DNA from: Microcoleus sp.
GTDB lineage: Bacteria > Cyanobacteriota > Cyanobacteriia > Cyanobacteriales > Microcoleaceae
NCBI GenBank assembly: GCA_042408215.1
Contig: JAYFMW010000020.1
Coordinates: 128,001-192,000 of the forward strand
Reading direction: 5' to 3'
DNA: 64,000 bases
Shown: in pieces, positions 1 through 12,551 of the stretch
Layout: the number at the start of each line of letters is the position of its first letter
How positions within the stretch are numbered: position 1 is the stretch's first letter
Position numbers and translations under genes: made by a program
Notes under the pieces: generated by a model
Seen by the model: only the letters and a program-made list of their open reading frames with translations
The model's database searches: none
Told to the model about the DNA's origin: nothing

Positions 1-50
1 CGACTTTTTGAATAAGTCGGGTATCTAGGGGAGTTCACAGAAAACCGAAG

Positions 51-677
51 TTAGCGAATTCGATAGGAATTTGACTCCGAAGGCAAAATCAAGTGCATCA
101 AGCCCTCGATCAGTCGATCGCGCTCCATTGGTATAATTTCTTGGCCGTGCATCATATCCTGCGTTAACTGGAAATATACCAAAGATCCAATAAAAATTCG
201 CGCCGTTGCTTCTGGATCGGCTAATTGCAACTCCGGGCAAGATGCCAAATATTGAGTGAGTCGCTCAATCCCTGGTTTAGCTAAGTTTTTGACAAATATC
301 TGGGCTAGCTGAGGAAAACGCCCTGATTCAGCAATCACTAACCTCACGAAGGTGAGAAAATGAGGTTCGTGACTCGCCTGATCCATTATAGTCGTGGCAA
401 TGAATCGCAGCGCGATCGCCGGTTCGGTTTCTGGCACCGGAAAATACACTAATTTTTCTGCCGCTAGCCGTTGAATCAAAGCCACAAACAATCCCTCTTT
501 ATCTTGAAAATAGCTGTAAACCGTAGCTTTGGAAACTCCCCCCGTCTTCGCTACCTTGTCCATACTCGTGCCCGCATAGCCGTGGGTTAAAAATTCTTGC
601 ATCGCACCTTGGAGAATTTGCTCGCTCTTGTCACATCCTGTGGCTGCGTCTGGTTCCATCGGTTTTGTCCTTGTCAT
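51..677 (-). CDS. TetR/AcrR family transcriptional regulator
   Basis: N-terminal TetR HTH (ILQGAMQEFLTHGYAGTSMDKVAKTGGVSKATVYSYFQDKEGLF); divergent from devB-like gene. Confidence 0.95.
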   Translation of the reverse strand: MTRTKPMEPDAATGCDKSEQILQGAMQEFLTHGYAGTSMDKVAKTGGVSKATVYSYFQDKEGLFVALIQRLAAEKLVYFPVPETEPAIALRFIATTIMDQASHEPHFLTFVRLVIAESGRFPQLAQIFVKNLAKPGIERLTQYLASCPELQLADPEATARIFIGSLVYFQLTQDMMHGQEIIPMERDRLIEGLMHLILPSESNSYRIR

Positions 678-707
678 TGCTTGTTTCTGTAATTTTTGCT
701 TGGGGTC

Positions 708-764
708 TTGACATTATTATACTAAACGGTTTAGTTTAAATATATCAGAACTAAACCGTTTAGT
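708..764. promoter_or_regulatory. Putative TetR operator pair overlapping devB promoter
   Basis: Two 15-bp palindromes ACTAAAC-N-GTTTAGT at 721-735 and 750-764; TTGACA (708-713) N18 TAGTTT (732-737) overlaps the first. Confidence 0.75.
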
Positions 765-784
765 TTTTAGTCCTCAAATCAGAG

Positions 785-2215
785 GTGCTCGTTATGGTAC
801 ATCCCTCGACAGCAGAAGGCTTAGCCTCCAATCCATCCTTAGTTAAGCAACTCCTAGTTGTGGCAGCAGTAGCAACCCTGGCGGCTGGGGGAACTACAGG
901 CTACGCGGTGTGGCGATCGCACATTCCCGATCCCAATGCAGCAACGATAGCAGCAGCGGCCACAGCATCGCAATTAACCACAGTGACAGCCTTGGGGAGA
1001 CTGGAACCCAAGGGAGAAGTCATCAAAGTATCGGCCTCTGGTTCCGCCGAAGGAAGCCGGATCGATCGGCTTTTGGTGAAAGAAGGAGATCGGGTAAACA
1101 CAGGCCAAGCGATCGCAATTCTCGACAGTCGCGATCGCCTCTCGGCGGCCTTCGACCAAGCTCAAGAACAAGTGCGCGTCGCCCAGGCGAATCTAGCCAA
1201 AGTTAAAGCTGGAGCCAAAAATGGCGAAATTCAAGCCCAGAAAGCCACCATTGGCCGTTTAGAAGCCGATCGCAGTCACGAAATCGCAGCGCAACAGGCG
1301 ATCGTTGCTCGCTTATCTGTCGATCGCAGTACCGAAATTGCAGCGCAACAAGCGACAATTGCTCGCATCAGGGCCGAACAGCTTGGGGAAATTCAAACCC
1401 AACAAGCCACAATTGCTCGTCTACAAGCTGAACTTCGCAACGCTAGCAGTGAGTATCAGCGGTACTCGCAACTGTATCAAGAAGGAGCAATCTCTGCTTC
1501 CACCAGCGACAGCAAAAAACTAGCCGCAGAAACAGCCCAACAACAACTCAACGAAGGAAAGGCCAAACTCAATCAAATTCAGCAATCTCGCCAACAACAG
1601 ATTAATGAAGCCCAAGCCAAACTGAATCAAATTCAGCAATCTCGACACCAGCAGATTAATGAAGCCCAAGCTAAACTCAGCCAAATTCAGGAATCTCGAT
1701 ACCAGCAAATCGACGAAGCCAAAGCAAATCTCGATCGCATTTCCGAAGTGCGCCCCGTTGATGTGGAAGCCGCCAGCGCCGAAGTCGGTTCCGCCGCTTC
1801 CGCCGCCAAACAAGCCAAAGCCAATCTGGATTTAGCATACATCCGCGCACCGAGAGACGCGCAAGTTCTGAAAATTCACACCTATCCGGGGGAACGGGTG
1901 GGGAATGATGGCATTATTGAACTGGGACAAACTCGCGAGATGTTGGCTGTTGCTGAAATTTACCAAAGTGATGTGGACAAGGTACGCCTTGGACAGCAGG
2001 CCAAAATTACTAGCGATTCTTTCCAGGGGGAATTGCTGGGAAATGTCGAATACATTGGCTTACAAGTGCTGCGGCAAAACATTGTTAATACTGATCCTTC
2101 TGCTAATATTGACGCTCGAGTTGTGGAGGTGAAGGTGCGTTTGGATGCTGTTTCTAGTCGGAAAGTCGCGGGTTTGACTAATTTGCAAGTGAAGGTGGCG
2201 ATCGGCGGAAGTTAA
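785..2215 (+). CDS. devB: DevB-family ABC exporter membrane fusion protein (HlyD-like)
   Basis: TM anchor, VTALGRLEPKGEVIKVS, lipoyl-like halves, long coiled coil, C-terminal ARVVEVKVRLD...GLTNLQV; alternative ATG start at 794. Confidence 0.92.
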   Translation: MLVMVHPSTAEGLASNPSLVKQLLVVAAVATLAAGGTTGYAVWRSHIPDPNAATIAAAATASQLTTVTALGRLEPKGEVIKVSASGSAEGSRIDRLLVKEGDRVNTGQAIAILDSRDRLSAAFDQAQEQVRVAQANLAKVKAGAKNGEIQAQKATIGRLEADRSHEIAAQQAIVARLSVDRSTEIAAQQATIARIRAEQLGEIQTQQATIARLQAELRNASSEYQRYSQLYQEGAISASTSDSKKLAAETAQQQLNEGKAKLNQIQQSRQQQINEAQAKLNQIQQSRHQQINEAQAKLSQIQESRYQQIDEAKANLDRISEVRPVDVEAASAEVGSAASAAKQAKANLDLAYIRAPRDAQVLKIHTYPGERVGNDGIIELGQTREMLAVAEIYQSDVDKVRLGQQAKITSDSFQGELLGNVEYIGLQVLRQNIVNTDPSANIDARVVEVKVRLDAVSSRKVAGLTNLQVKVAIGGS

Positions 2216-2371
2216 GGATTAAGATTTTTTTAACCACAGAGAGCGCAGAGGACGCAGAGGAAGAGAATGGAGAGATGTATCATTCTGATTTAATTATTAA
2301 AGATTAAGAATTGTTCCCACATCAGGTTGCTGTCTTTAATCCAAAATCTCAAATCTAAAATCTAAAATAGT

Positions 2372-3556
2372 ATGCTCGGACTTATCAAACCATTACAACA
2401 GTTAAGGCGCAGAACTCCTCTCGGATGGCTGCAACTTAGTCACGACAAAGGGCGAATGGCCGTAGCTATAGCGGGAATTGCTTTTGCTGATGTTTTGATG
2501 TTCATGCAGTTGGGCTTCCAAAATGCGCTTTACACCAGCAATACGCGGCTGCACCAAACTTTGCAAGCTGACTTAGTTTTAATCAGCCCCCAAGGCCGGA
2601 ATTTGCTAAATTTGTCTTCTTTCCCTAGGCGCAGATTGTATCAGGCTATGAATGTACCGGGTGTGAAATCTGCCGAGCCGCTTTATGTCAAACTTGCTAA
2701 CTGGAAAGTTCCCGAAACTCGCCGCGAAACGTCCATTATGGTGGTGGGTTTTAATCCCGATCGCCCGGCGTTTGATCTCCCAGAAGTTAACCAAAATTTG
2801 AGCGCTATTAAATTGCCCGATACTGTGTTATTTGACCGAGCTGCAAGGGGAGATTATCAAAGAGCGATCGCCCAAATCAATCAGGGAAAATCTGTTAAAA
2901 CTGAGCTCGATCGACGCACCATTACGATCGGCGGCTTGTTTACAATTGGAGCATCTTTTGCCGCCGATGGAGCTTTAATTACCAGCGATCAAAATTACCT
3001 GCGCTTGTTTCCCAAACAAAATGCCGGGAGTGTTAATGCCGGATTAATTCAATTGCAAGCTGGTGCCGATCCTGTACAAGTCCAACAAGTTTTAAAAGCA
3101 TATTTGCCGCCGGATGTCAAGGTACTTACCAAACAAGAATTTATCGAGTTCGAGAAAAATTATTGGGCTACTAATACTGCGGTCGGCTTTGTGTTTAACT
3201 TAGGCGTAGCGATGGGTTTCGTTGTAGGAGTAATTATCGTTTACCAAGTCCTCTCAACCGATGTCAGCGACCACATGGCAGAATATGCTACTTTTAAAGC
3301 AATGGGCTACCGCAATATTTACTTGCTAGGCATCGTTTTTGAAGAAGCTTTAATTTTGTCAATTCTCGGTTTTCTGCCTGGAGTGGGAGTGTCTGTAGCA
3401 CTTTACACCTTAACTCGCAGAGCTACAAATCTGCCCATATACATGACACTAATGCGAGCAATTGTTGTGTTAACTTTGACTCTAATTATGTGCGGTATTT
3501 CGGGAACTATTGCTACTCGCAAACTTCAAGCAGCCGACCCCGCAGACATTTTTTAA
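2372..3556 (+). CDS. devC: DevC-family ABC exporter permease (FtsX-like)
   Basis: RRTPLGWLQL...AGIAFADVLMFMQLGFQNALY; C-terminal KLQAADPADIF. Confidence 0.93.
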   Translation: MLGLIKPLQQLRRRTPLGWLQLSHDKGRMAVAIAGIAFADVLMFMQLGFQNALYTSNTRLHQTLQADLVLISPQGRNLLNLSSFPRRRLYQAMNVPGVKSAEPLYVKLANWKVPETRRETSIMVVGFNPDRPAFDLPEVNQNLSAIKLPDTVLFDRAARGDYQRAIAQINQGKSVKTELDRRTITIGGLFTIGASFAADGALITSDQNYLRLFPKQNAGSVNAGLIQLQAGADPVQVQQVLKAYLPPDVKVLTKQEFIEFEKNYWATNTAVGFVFNLGVAMGFVVGVIIVYQVLSTDVSDHMAEYATFKAMGYRNIYLLGIVFEEALILSILGFLPGVGVSVALYTLTRRATNLPIYMTLMRAIVVLTLTLIMCGISGTIATRKLQAADPADIF

Positions 3557-3736
3557 TCGGGTTCCTAAAGCCGAAAATTCGCCTATATGTGCAGATTTGT
3601 ACTCACTCCAATCATAACACCTAACTCCTCCCCTGTCAAGAGGTTTTTGAGAATTGTTCCATGATTATTTTGAGTGATTGCTAACTGGCTAAAGCTCAAA
3701 CCTCCGGTTAGTGCGATCGCCTCCATTTTCGGGCTT

Positions 3737-3902
3737 ATACCAGTTTTTTATGAGGCCCCGTAGAATCTGATCCCCCCTAACCCCCCTTAATAAGGGGGGA
3801 ACAAGATTCTGCTCTTTCGTCACCCCCTACTCACACCCTACTCCCTTATTAAGGGGGATTTAGGGGGATCAGATTCTATGCAACGACCCATTAAATTGGT
3901 AT
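3737..3902. repeat. MITE/REP-like composite element with CCCCC-TTAATAAG-GGGGG hairpins
   Basis: Nested inverted repeats (TAGAATCTGATCCCCC...GGGGGATCAGATTCTA, outer ATACCA...TGGTAT); same core recurs at ~18810-18925 and ~52785-52865. Confidence 0.65.
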
Positions 3903-4629
3903 TAGCGTATAGTCTCTTCCCCAGCAATCTTACAAGAAAGAGCCACTATTAAGAGCTGTTTGATTCACATTATAAACCACTCCCAAGTAGTTATTCCCAG
4001 ACTTAATCGCCGTTGATGCTACAGCAGTTGCACCATCTAAGATGACATTAACTGACTCAAAGGTTAGTTGACTGAAAGTGACACCAATCAACTTGATTTT
4101 ATCGTCGGAAGTGAAGTCAGCGATCGCATCAGCTTGAGATGGGTTAGTAGCCGTATATTGTAACACAAAGGTATCCTTTCCTGCACCACCGGTGAGCACA
4201 TCGAAACCTCGATCGCCCCACAATTCATCATCGCCATTCCCACCTATCAAAACATCATTTTCCTTACCCCCGCGTAAGAGATCGTTACCCTCGCCACCAG
4301 TGACAGTATCGTTGTCATTATTTCCACTCAAGAAGTCATTCCCATTACCACCAGACAATTGATCCGATTTTTTCCCCCCAAACAAGTTGTCGTTACCATC
4401 ACCGCCATCAATGGTATCAGCGCCTTCGTTACCATAGATGATGTCATTCTCGGCACTTCCCGTCAATTTATCATTACCTGATAAGCCGAATATAGGTTTA
4501 CCAAATGCTGATTGTGGGATACTGGTGTCATCATTATCACTCAGTAGATATTGGTTATCTACCACTTGATTTTGTGGGAAATTAGTTGGTTCACCGCGAT
4601 CGATATTACCGACTGATGGTGTGTTAATT

Positions 4630-4790
4630 GCGATCGCCGTGGGTGTTACCGATGGTGTCGGTGTTACCAATGGAATTGGTGTCGGTTGCGGTGTTACCGA
4701 TGGAGTTGGTGTTACCGATGGTGTTGGTGTTACCGATGGTGTTGGTGTTACCGATGGTGTTGGTGTTACCGGTGGTGTTGGTGTAGTATT
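4630..4790 (-). repeat. 18-bp tandem repeat encoding (TPTPSV)n Pro/Thr linker
   Basis: GGTGTTACCGATGGTGTT-type units repeated in tandem. Confidence 0.9.
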
Positions 4791-4899
4791 TGTATTGACT
4801 ACCCCCACATCCGTCACATCAAAGCCACTGTATTTAGCATCGGTAGAAGTCGCACTCCCTGTGATAATTTGATAAGCAATATCACCATCAAATACGGTA

Positions 4900-7800
4900 T
4901 CATCTACTCCTGTTACTGTGACTGTTTGTGCTACATTCCAGTCGATCGGTGTGAAAGTAACAGTTGATTTATCTACAATACCTTCGGTAGTTTTGCTGCT
5001 AGTTAATGGAATGGTGACATCGGCTGTTGGCTGAGTGTTTAGCTTGACAGTAAATGTGGCTGTTCCACCCGCTTCTGTGGTGGTTAATCCGGTGGTTGGG
5101 CTGACTGTGATTCCAGCAGTTTCGTTGTCGGTGTTGGTGACAGCTACATCGGCTGGTTTGAGATTTTTGTAGTTGGTATCTGTCGTAGTTGTGTCAGCCG
5201 TCGTCAGAATTTGATAGGCTTGATTTCCGTCAGCAATTGAGTCATCTACTCCTGTTACTGTGACTGTTTGTGCTACATTCCAGTCGGTCGGTGTGAAAGT
5301 AACAGTTGATTTATCTACAGTACCTTCAGCGGTGTTACTGCTAGTTAATGGAATGGTGACATCGGCTGTGGGTTGCGTGTTTAACTTGACAGTAAATGTA
5401 GCTGTTCCGCCTGCTTCAGTTGTGGTTAATCCGGTGGTTGGGCTGACTGTGATTCCAGCAGTTTCGTTGTCGGTGTTGGTGACAGCTACATCGGCTGGTT
5501 TGAGATTTTTGTAGTTGGTATCTGTGGTAGTTGTATCAGCCGTCGTGAGAATTTGATAGGCTTGATTTCCGTCAGCAATTGAGTCATCTACTCCTGTTAC
5601 TGTGACTGTTTGGGGAGTATTCCAGTTAGCATTCGTGAAGGTGACACTGTTTTTATCTACAATACCTTCGGTAGTTTTGCTGCTAGTTAATGGAATGGTG
5701 ACATCGGCTGTTGGTTGCGTGTTTAGCTTGACAGTAAATGTGGCTGTTCCGCCTGCTTCTGTGGTGGTTAATCCGGTGGTTGGGCTGACTGTGATTCCAG
5801 CAGTTTCGTTGTCGGTGTTGGTGACAGCTACATCGGCTGGTTTGAGATTTTTGTAGTTGGTATCTGTGGTAGTTGTGTCAGCCGTCGTCAGAATTTGATA
5901 GGCTTGATTTCCGTCAGCAATTGAGTCATCTACTCCTGTTACTGTGACTGTTTGTGCTACATTCCAGTTATTAGGTGTGAAAGTAACAGTTGATTTATCT
6001 ACAGTTCCTTCGGTAGTTTTGCTGCTAGTTAATGGAATGGTGACATCGGCTGTTGGTTGCGTGTTTAGCTTGACAGTAAATGTAGCTGTTCCACCCGCTT
6101 CAGTTGTGGTTAATCCGGTGGTTGGGCTGACTGTGATTCCAGCAGTTTCGTTGTCGGTGTTGGTGACAGCTACATCGGCTGGTTTGAGATTTTTGTAGTT
6201 GGTATCTGTGGTAGTTGTGTCAGCCGTCGTCAGAATTTGATAGGCTTGATTTCCGTCAGCAATTGAGTCATCTACTCCTGTTACTGTGACTGTTTGTGCT
6301 ACATTCCAGTCGGTCGGTGTGAAAGTAACAGTTGATTTATCTACAGTTCCTTCGGTAGTTTTGCTGCTAGTTAATGGAATGGTGACATCGGCTGTTGGCT
6401 GAGTGTTTAACTTGACAGTAAATGTAGCTGTTCCACCCGCTTCAGTTGTGGTTAATCCGGTGGTTGGGCTGACTGTGATTCCAGCAGTTTCGTTGTCGGT
6501 GTTGGTGACAGCTACATCGGCTGGTTTGAGATTTTTGTAGTTGGTATCTGTGGTAGTTGTGTCAGCCGTCGTCAGAATTTGATAGGCTTGATTTCCGTCA
6601 GCAATTGAGTCATCTACTCCTGTTACTGTGACTGTTTGTGCTACATTCCAGTTATTAGGTGTGAAAGTAACAGTTGATTTATCTACAGTTCCTTCGGTAG
6701 TTTTGCTGCTAGTTAATGGAATGGTGACATCGGCTGTTGGTTGCGTGTTTAGCTTGACAGTAAATGTAGCTGTTCCACCCGCTTCAGTTGTGGTTAATCC
6801 GGTGGTTGGGCTGACTGTGATTCCAGCAGTTTCGTTGTCGGTGTTGGTGACAGCTACATCGGCTGGTTTGAGATTTTTGTAGTTGGTATCTGTGGTAGTT
6901 GTGTCAGCCGTCGTCAGAATTTGATAGGCTTGATTTCCGTCAGCAATTGAGTCATCTACTCCTGTTACTGTGACTGTTTGTGCTACATTCCAGTTAGTCG
7001 GTGTGAAAGTAACAGTTGATTTATCTACAGTTCCTTCGGTAGTTTTGCTGCTAGTTAATGGAATGGTGACATCGGCTGTTGGTTGCGTGTTTAGCTTGAC
7101 AGTAAATGTAGCTGTTCCACCCGCTTCAGTTGTGGTTAATCCGGTGGTTGGGCTGACTGTGATTCCAGCAGTTTCGTTGTCGGTGTTGGTGACAGCTACA
7201 TCGGCTGGTTTGAGATTTTTGTAGTTGGTATCTGTGGTAGTTGTGTCAGCCGTCGTCAGAATTTGATAGGCTTGATTTCCGTCAGCAATTGAGTCATCTA
7301 CTCCTGTTACTGTGACTGTTTGTGCTACATTCCAGTTAGCATTGGTGAAGGTGACAGTTGATTTATCTACAATACCTTCGGTAGTTTTGCTGCTAGTTAA
7401 TGGAATGGTGACATCGGCTGTTGGTTGCGTGTTTAGCTTGACAGTAAATGTGGCTGTTCCACCCGCTTCAGTTGTGGTTAATCCGGTGGTTGGGCTGACT
7501 GTGATTCCAGCAGTTTCGTTGTCGGTGTTGGTGACAGCTACATCGGCTGGTTTGAGATTTTTGTAGTTGGTATCTGTGGTAGTTGTGTCAGCCGTCGTCA
7601 GAATTTGATAGGCTTGATTTCCGTCAGCAATTGAGTCATCTACTCCTGTTACTGTGACTGTTTGTGCTACATTCCAGTTATTAGGTGTGAAAGTAACAGT
7701 TGATTTATCTACAGTTCCTTCGGTAGTTTTGCTGCTAGTTAATGGAATGGTGACATCGGCTGTTGGTTGCGTGTTTAGCTTGACAGTAAATGTAGCTGTT

Positions 7801-9577
7801 CCACCCGCTTCAGTTGTGGTTAATCCGGTGGTTGGGCTGACTGTGATTCCAGCAGTTTCGTTGTCGGTGTTGGTGACAGCTACATCGGCTGGTTTGAGAT
7901 TTTTGTAGTTGGTATCTGTGGTAGTTGTGTCAGCCGTCGTCAGAATTTGATAGGCTTGATTTCCGTCAGCAATTGAGTCATCTACTCCTGTTACTGTGAC
8001 TGTTTGTGCTACATTCCAGTCGGTCGGTGTGAAAGTAACAGTTGATTTATCTACAGTTCCTTCGCGTAGTTTTGCTGCTAGTTAATGGAATGGTGACATC
8101 GGCTGTTGGTTGCGTGTTTAACTTGACAGTAAATGTAGCTGTTCCGCCCGCTTCAGTTGTGGTTAATCCGGTGGTTGGGCTGACTGTGATTCCAGCAGTT
8201 TCGTTGTCGGTGTTGGTGACAGCTACATCGGCTGGTTTGAGATTTTTGTAGTTGGTATCTGTGGTAGTTGTGTCAGCCGTCGTCAGAATTTGATAGGCTT
8301 GATTTCCGTCAGCAATTGAGTCATCTACTCCTGTTACTGTGACTGTTTGTGCTACATTCCAGTTAGTCGGTGTGAAAGTAACAGTTGATTTATCTACAGT
8401 TCCTTCGGTAGTTTTGCTGCTAGTTAATGGAATGGTGACATCGGCTGTTGGTTGCGTGTTTAGCTTGACAGTAAATGTAGCTGTTCCACCCGCTTCAGTT
8501 GTGGTTAATCCGGTGGTTGGGCTGACTGTGATTCCAGCAGTTTCGTTGTCGGTGTTGGTGACAGCTACATCGGCTGGTTTGAGATTTTTGTAGTTGGTAT
8601 CTGTGGTAGTTGTGTCAGCCGTCGTCAGAATTTGATAGGCTTGATTTCCGTCAGCAATTGAGTCATCTACTCCTGTTACTGTGACTGTTTGTGCTACATT
8701 CCAGTCGGTCGGTGTGAAAGTAACAGTTGATTTATCTACAATACCTTCGGTAGTTTTGCTGCTAGTTAATGGAATGGTGACATCGGCTGTTGGTTGCGTG
8801 TTTAACTTGACAGTAAATGTAGCTGTTCCACCCGCTTCAGTTGTGGTTAATCCGGTGGTTGGGCTGACTGTGATTCCAGCAGTTTCGTTGTCGGTGTTGG
8901 TGACAGCTACATCGGCTGGTTTGAGATTTTTGTAGTTGGTATCTGTGGTAGTTGTGTCAGCCGTCGTCAGAATTTGATAGGCTTGATTTCCGTCAGCAAT
9001 TGAGTCATCTACTCCTGTTACTGTGACTGTTTGTGCTACATTCCAGTTATTAGGTGTGAAAGTAACAGTTGATTTATCTACAATACCTTCGGTAGTTTTG
9101 CTGCTAGTTAATGGAATGGTGACATCGGCTGTTGGTTGCGTGTTTAGCTTGACAGTAAATGTAGCTGTTCCACCCGCTTCAGTTGTGGTTAATCCGGTGG
9201 TTGGGCTGACTGTGATTCCAGCAGTTTCGTTGTCGGTGTTGGTGACAGCTACATCGGCTGGTTTGAGATTTTTGTAGTTGGTATCTGTGGTAGTTGTGTC
9301 AGCCGTCGTCAGAATTTGATAGGCTTGATTTCCGTCAGCAATTGAGTCATCTACTCCTGTTACTGTGACTGTTTGTGCTACATTCCAGTTAGCATTGGTG
9401 AAGGTGACAGTTGATTTATCTACAATACCTTCGGTAGTTTTGCTGCTAGTTAATGGAATGGTGACATCGGCTGTTGGTTGCGTGTTTAGCTTGACAGTAA
9501 ATGTGGCTGTTCCACCCGCTTCAGTTGTGGTTAATCCGGTGGTTGGGCTGACTGTGATTCCAGCAGTTTCGTTGTCG
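4900..9577 (-). repeat. Tandem array of ~14 near-identical 342-bp coding repeats (114-aa Calx-beta/cadherin-like beta-sandwich units)
   Basis: Equivalent positions at 4918, 5260, 5602, 5944, 6286, 6628, 6970, 7312, 7654, 7996, then (+1) 8339, 8681, 9023, 9365; unit DNETAGITVSPTTGLTTTEAGGTATFTVKLNTQPTADV...WNVAQTVTVTGVDD. Confidence 0.97.
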
Positions 9578-12551
9578 CTAATTATTACACTTTGGTTTAG
9601 GGTATTTCCTAATGCGATTCCTGTGGACTGGTTGCTAATTATTAAAGTAGCGGTTTCCGTACCTTCGGCAAGTAAATCATCATTAACTGTAATGGTTACT
9701 TGTCCTGTATTACTACCATTTGGGATGGTTATTTGAGTGGTAATAGCACCAGTAAAATCAGCCGCATTCGCAGTACCAGTTAATGCTAAATCAATGGTTT
9801 GATTGCCGACGACATTACCTTCAGCAGTGGCGGTAAAGGTAATAGCTGTTGTCCCGGCTTCACTAGCAGTAGTTGTGCTGGCACTGAGGTTAACTTTCGG
9901 TGCGGGAACGGTGATATTAAAGGTAGCTGTGTTGGAAAGGTCAACACCAGTATTGGCTATACCACCGTCATCTTGCAGTTGCACGCTAACGGTGGCAGTA
10001 CCGGGTTTACCACTGGGAGTGTAAGTCAGCGTGCCATTGGTTGCTACACTGGGTTGAGCGGTAAATAAGGTATTGTCGGTGTTAGTAACGGTGTAGTTGC
10101 TAACTGTTTGAGTTGATTCATTCGCTGGGCCGAAGATAACAGTATTTGCCCAGCCGCTAACTGTTTGAATTGTGTTTGTCCATGATGTTAGGGTTTGATT
10201 GCTTAAGTTACTGAAACTGGGTTTGTCGTTGACTGGATTGACAGTGATGGTGAGGGTTTGGGTGGCGGAGGTATCAACACCTGGAGTGCCGCCACTGTCT
10301 TTTACTGTCACATCAAAGGTGGAGGTGCCGTTAGCATCAGCCGCAGGAGTGTAGGTGAGTTGACCGTTAGCATCTACGGCCGGCCCTGTCGCAAATAAGC
10401 TGGGGTTGCCGATATTGGTAACAGTGTATGTCGCTGTTTGCGTGGCTTCATCCGTACCCCCTCCTCGATTAAAGGTCGCCCAACCCGCTACTGTTTGTAC
10501 CCCAGCGTCTTCGTTGACTGTTGGGTTGGTGGCGGTGAAACTGGGAATGTCGTTGACGGGGGTAACGGTGATGGCGGCGGTGTCGGTGGCGACGCTGAAA
10601 GCCGTATTACCGCCGTTGGTAGTGGTGTCTGCGGTGCTGCCGTTAGTGCCTGTCATTTGATCCCAGGCGCGGAAGGTGATGCCGTTGGTGATAGCACCGT
10701 TGTAGTTGGCGTTGGGTTGGAAGTAAATGCGGGTACTGCCATTAGCCGCAAGTAAGCGGGCACTGGTAGTGGATACTGCGCCCAATGCGTTCCAGTTAGT
10801 ACCGCCATCCGTGGTATAAAACCAACTGCCATTAGTTGTGTTGGCGGCGGTGATGGCGAGGCCTGCTACTGGGCCGATGTCGGGATCTGTGATGTTATTT
10901 TGACCTGTACCGATGGCCGTAATGGCAGAGATCAGGGTGCCGACAGCGCCGATGGGAGTACCGGAGTCTTCGAGGATATTGCTGAGAGTGACAACGGTAT
11001 CGGCGAGGACGGGAGCGGTGTTGATGCTGCCGTAGACATCTTCATTGTCCTGAGTTCGTCCTTGACCGTTGGTAGGGGTGTTGCCAGTAGCGTTAGCGCT
11101 GTTGTTGCCGATGAAAGTTGCTCCTAATGATGTGACCAAGGGTACGGTGGTTGGCATTTGAAGGTTGTTGCCATTGGTGTTAGTAGTGGAGGCCATAACA
11201 AATATTGCGCCACCCTTGCCTTGGCCAGGATTGAGACCCGTGCCACCTGTGGTTGAGTTATTAGTAAGGGCGGTATTATTCAGAATTAAAGAGCCACTGC
11301 GGATGAATATGGCACCCCCTAAGCCAGCACCACCGCCACCCAGTTGGCTAGCCCCACCGCCAGCCCCACCGCCAAAGCCAGCAGCACCAGCCCCGAAAGT
11401 GCCTGATCCTCCACCGCCACCATAACCGCCCTTACCTGCGGAAGCGTTTCTTGCGCCACCGCCGCCACCACCAAAACCCCCAGCGCCGGCACTACCACCG
11501 CCGTACTTACCACCACCACCACCACCAAAACCCCCAGCGCCGGCACTACCACCGCCACCACCACCTGTCCCACTAGCACCAGCGGCTCCGCCAGCGCCAC
11601 CGAATGCCCCGCCAGAGCCACCGACAGAGCCAATACCGTTGCCGCCGAAGCCACCGCCGCCTCCGTTGTTGACGGAGACACCGGCACCGAACATCCCGCC
11701 ACCGCCTCCGCCAGAGTAGGTCCCGACACCATTCCCACCGATCGCCTGATTGTTGGAGAAGGTCACATTATTCAGGCTCACCGTACCGTTATAGATAAAG
11801 AGTCCGCCCCCCATACCAGCACCACCGGCAGCCCGATTGCCCCCATTACCACCTTGGGCGCGGCCTCCAGCTATAGTCATGTTGGAGAAACTAACGGTTC
11901 CCGACTTCACAAAGAAGGGGCGAACATCACCCGCGTTATTTGTAGCGCTATTATCCGCATCCCCGCTCAGGCTAAAACCGCCACCGATAAAGCTGATATT
12001 GCTGTCAATTAGAACCTGGGGAGCGGCTGTAAATCGGACATTAGTAGTAAGGGTAATAGTGTCATCACCGGCTGCGGCATTCGCATCTAAAATGGCTTTG
12101 CTCAATGTGCCGGCTACAGTGCCGGTGCCATCATCGGTGGCAACCGTTACATCGTAATTCGCCAGTGTATAGTCATAATCTGCCATCGCCTCCTGATTAA
12201 AGGGCACGGCGGCTTCTATTTGGCCAGTTGCTATTTCTAAATCCCAGTCGCCACCCTTAGCTTGATTCCCGGTTTTATTAGTAGAGGAGGCAATATCAGC
12301 ACCCGTTAATTGATGCAGATTTTGGATAAATTGTGGTCCCGTTTGTCCCGCGCCGACATCGCAACCATAGAGGAGGATATCCCCATTTTTAGTTAAGGCT
12401 TTACCCCACTGTTGAATTTTATTACTAAATTGCGCTAAATCCTGATTATTAAGGGTATCTGAACCTAGTTTTAAACTACCTTCGCTCCCGTGAGAAAGGA
12501 TATGAATTGCTTCAATATCTTTTTCTCCTGCCAAGGCTTTTGTAATTTGAT

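Noticed and set aside
4900..9577. Possible diversity-generating retroelement or CRISPR-like array
   Set aside because: Variation is not adenine-specific, there is no reverse transcriptase or cas gene, and the units are contiguous coding repeats without spacers
5260..9736. Series of near-identical 84-aa + strand ORFs (MTVCATFQ...)
   Set aside because: Antisense shadows of the 342-bp coding repeats of the minus-strand adhesin
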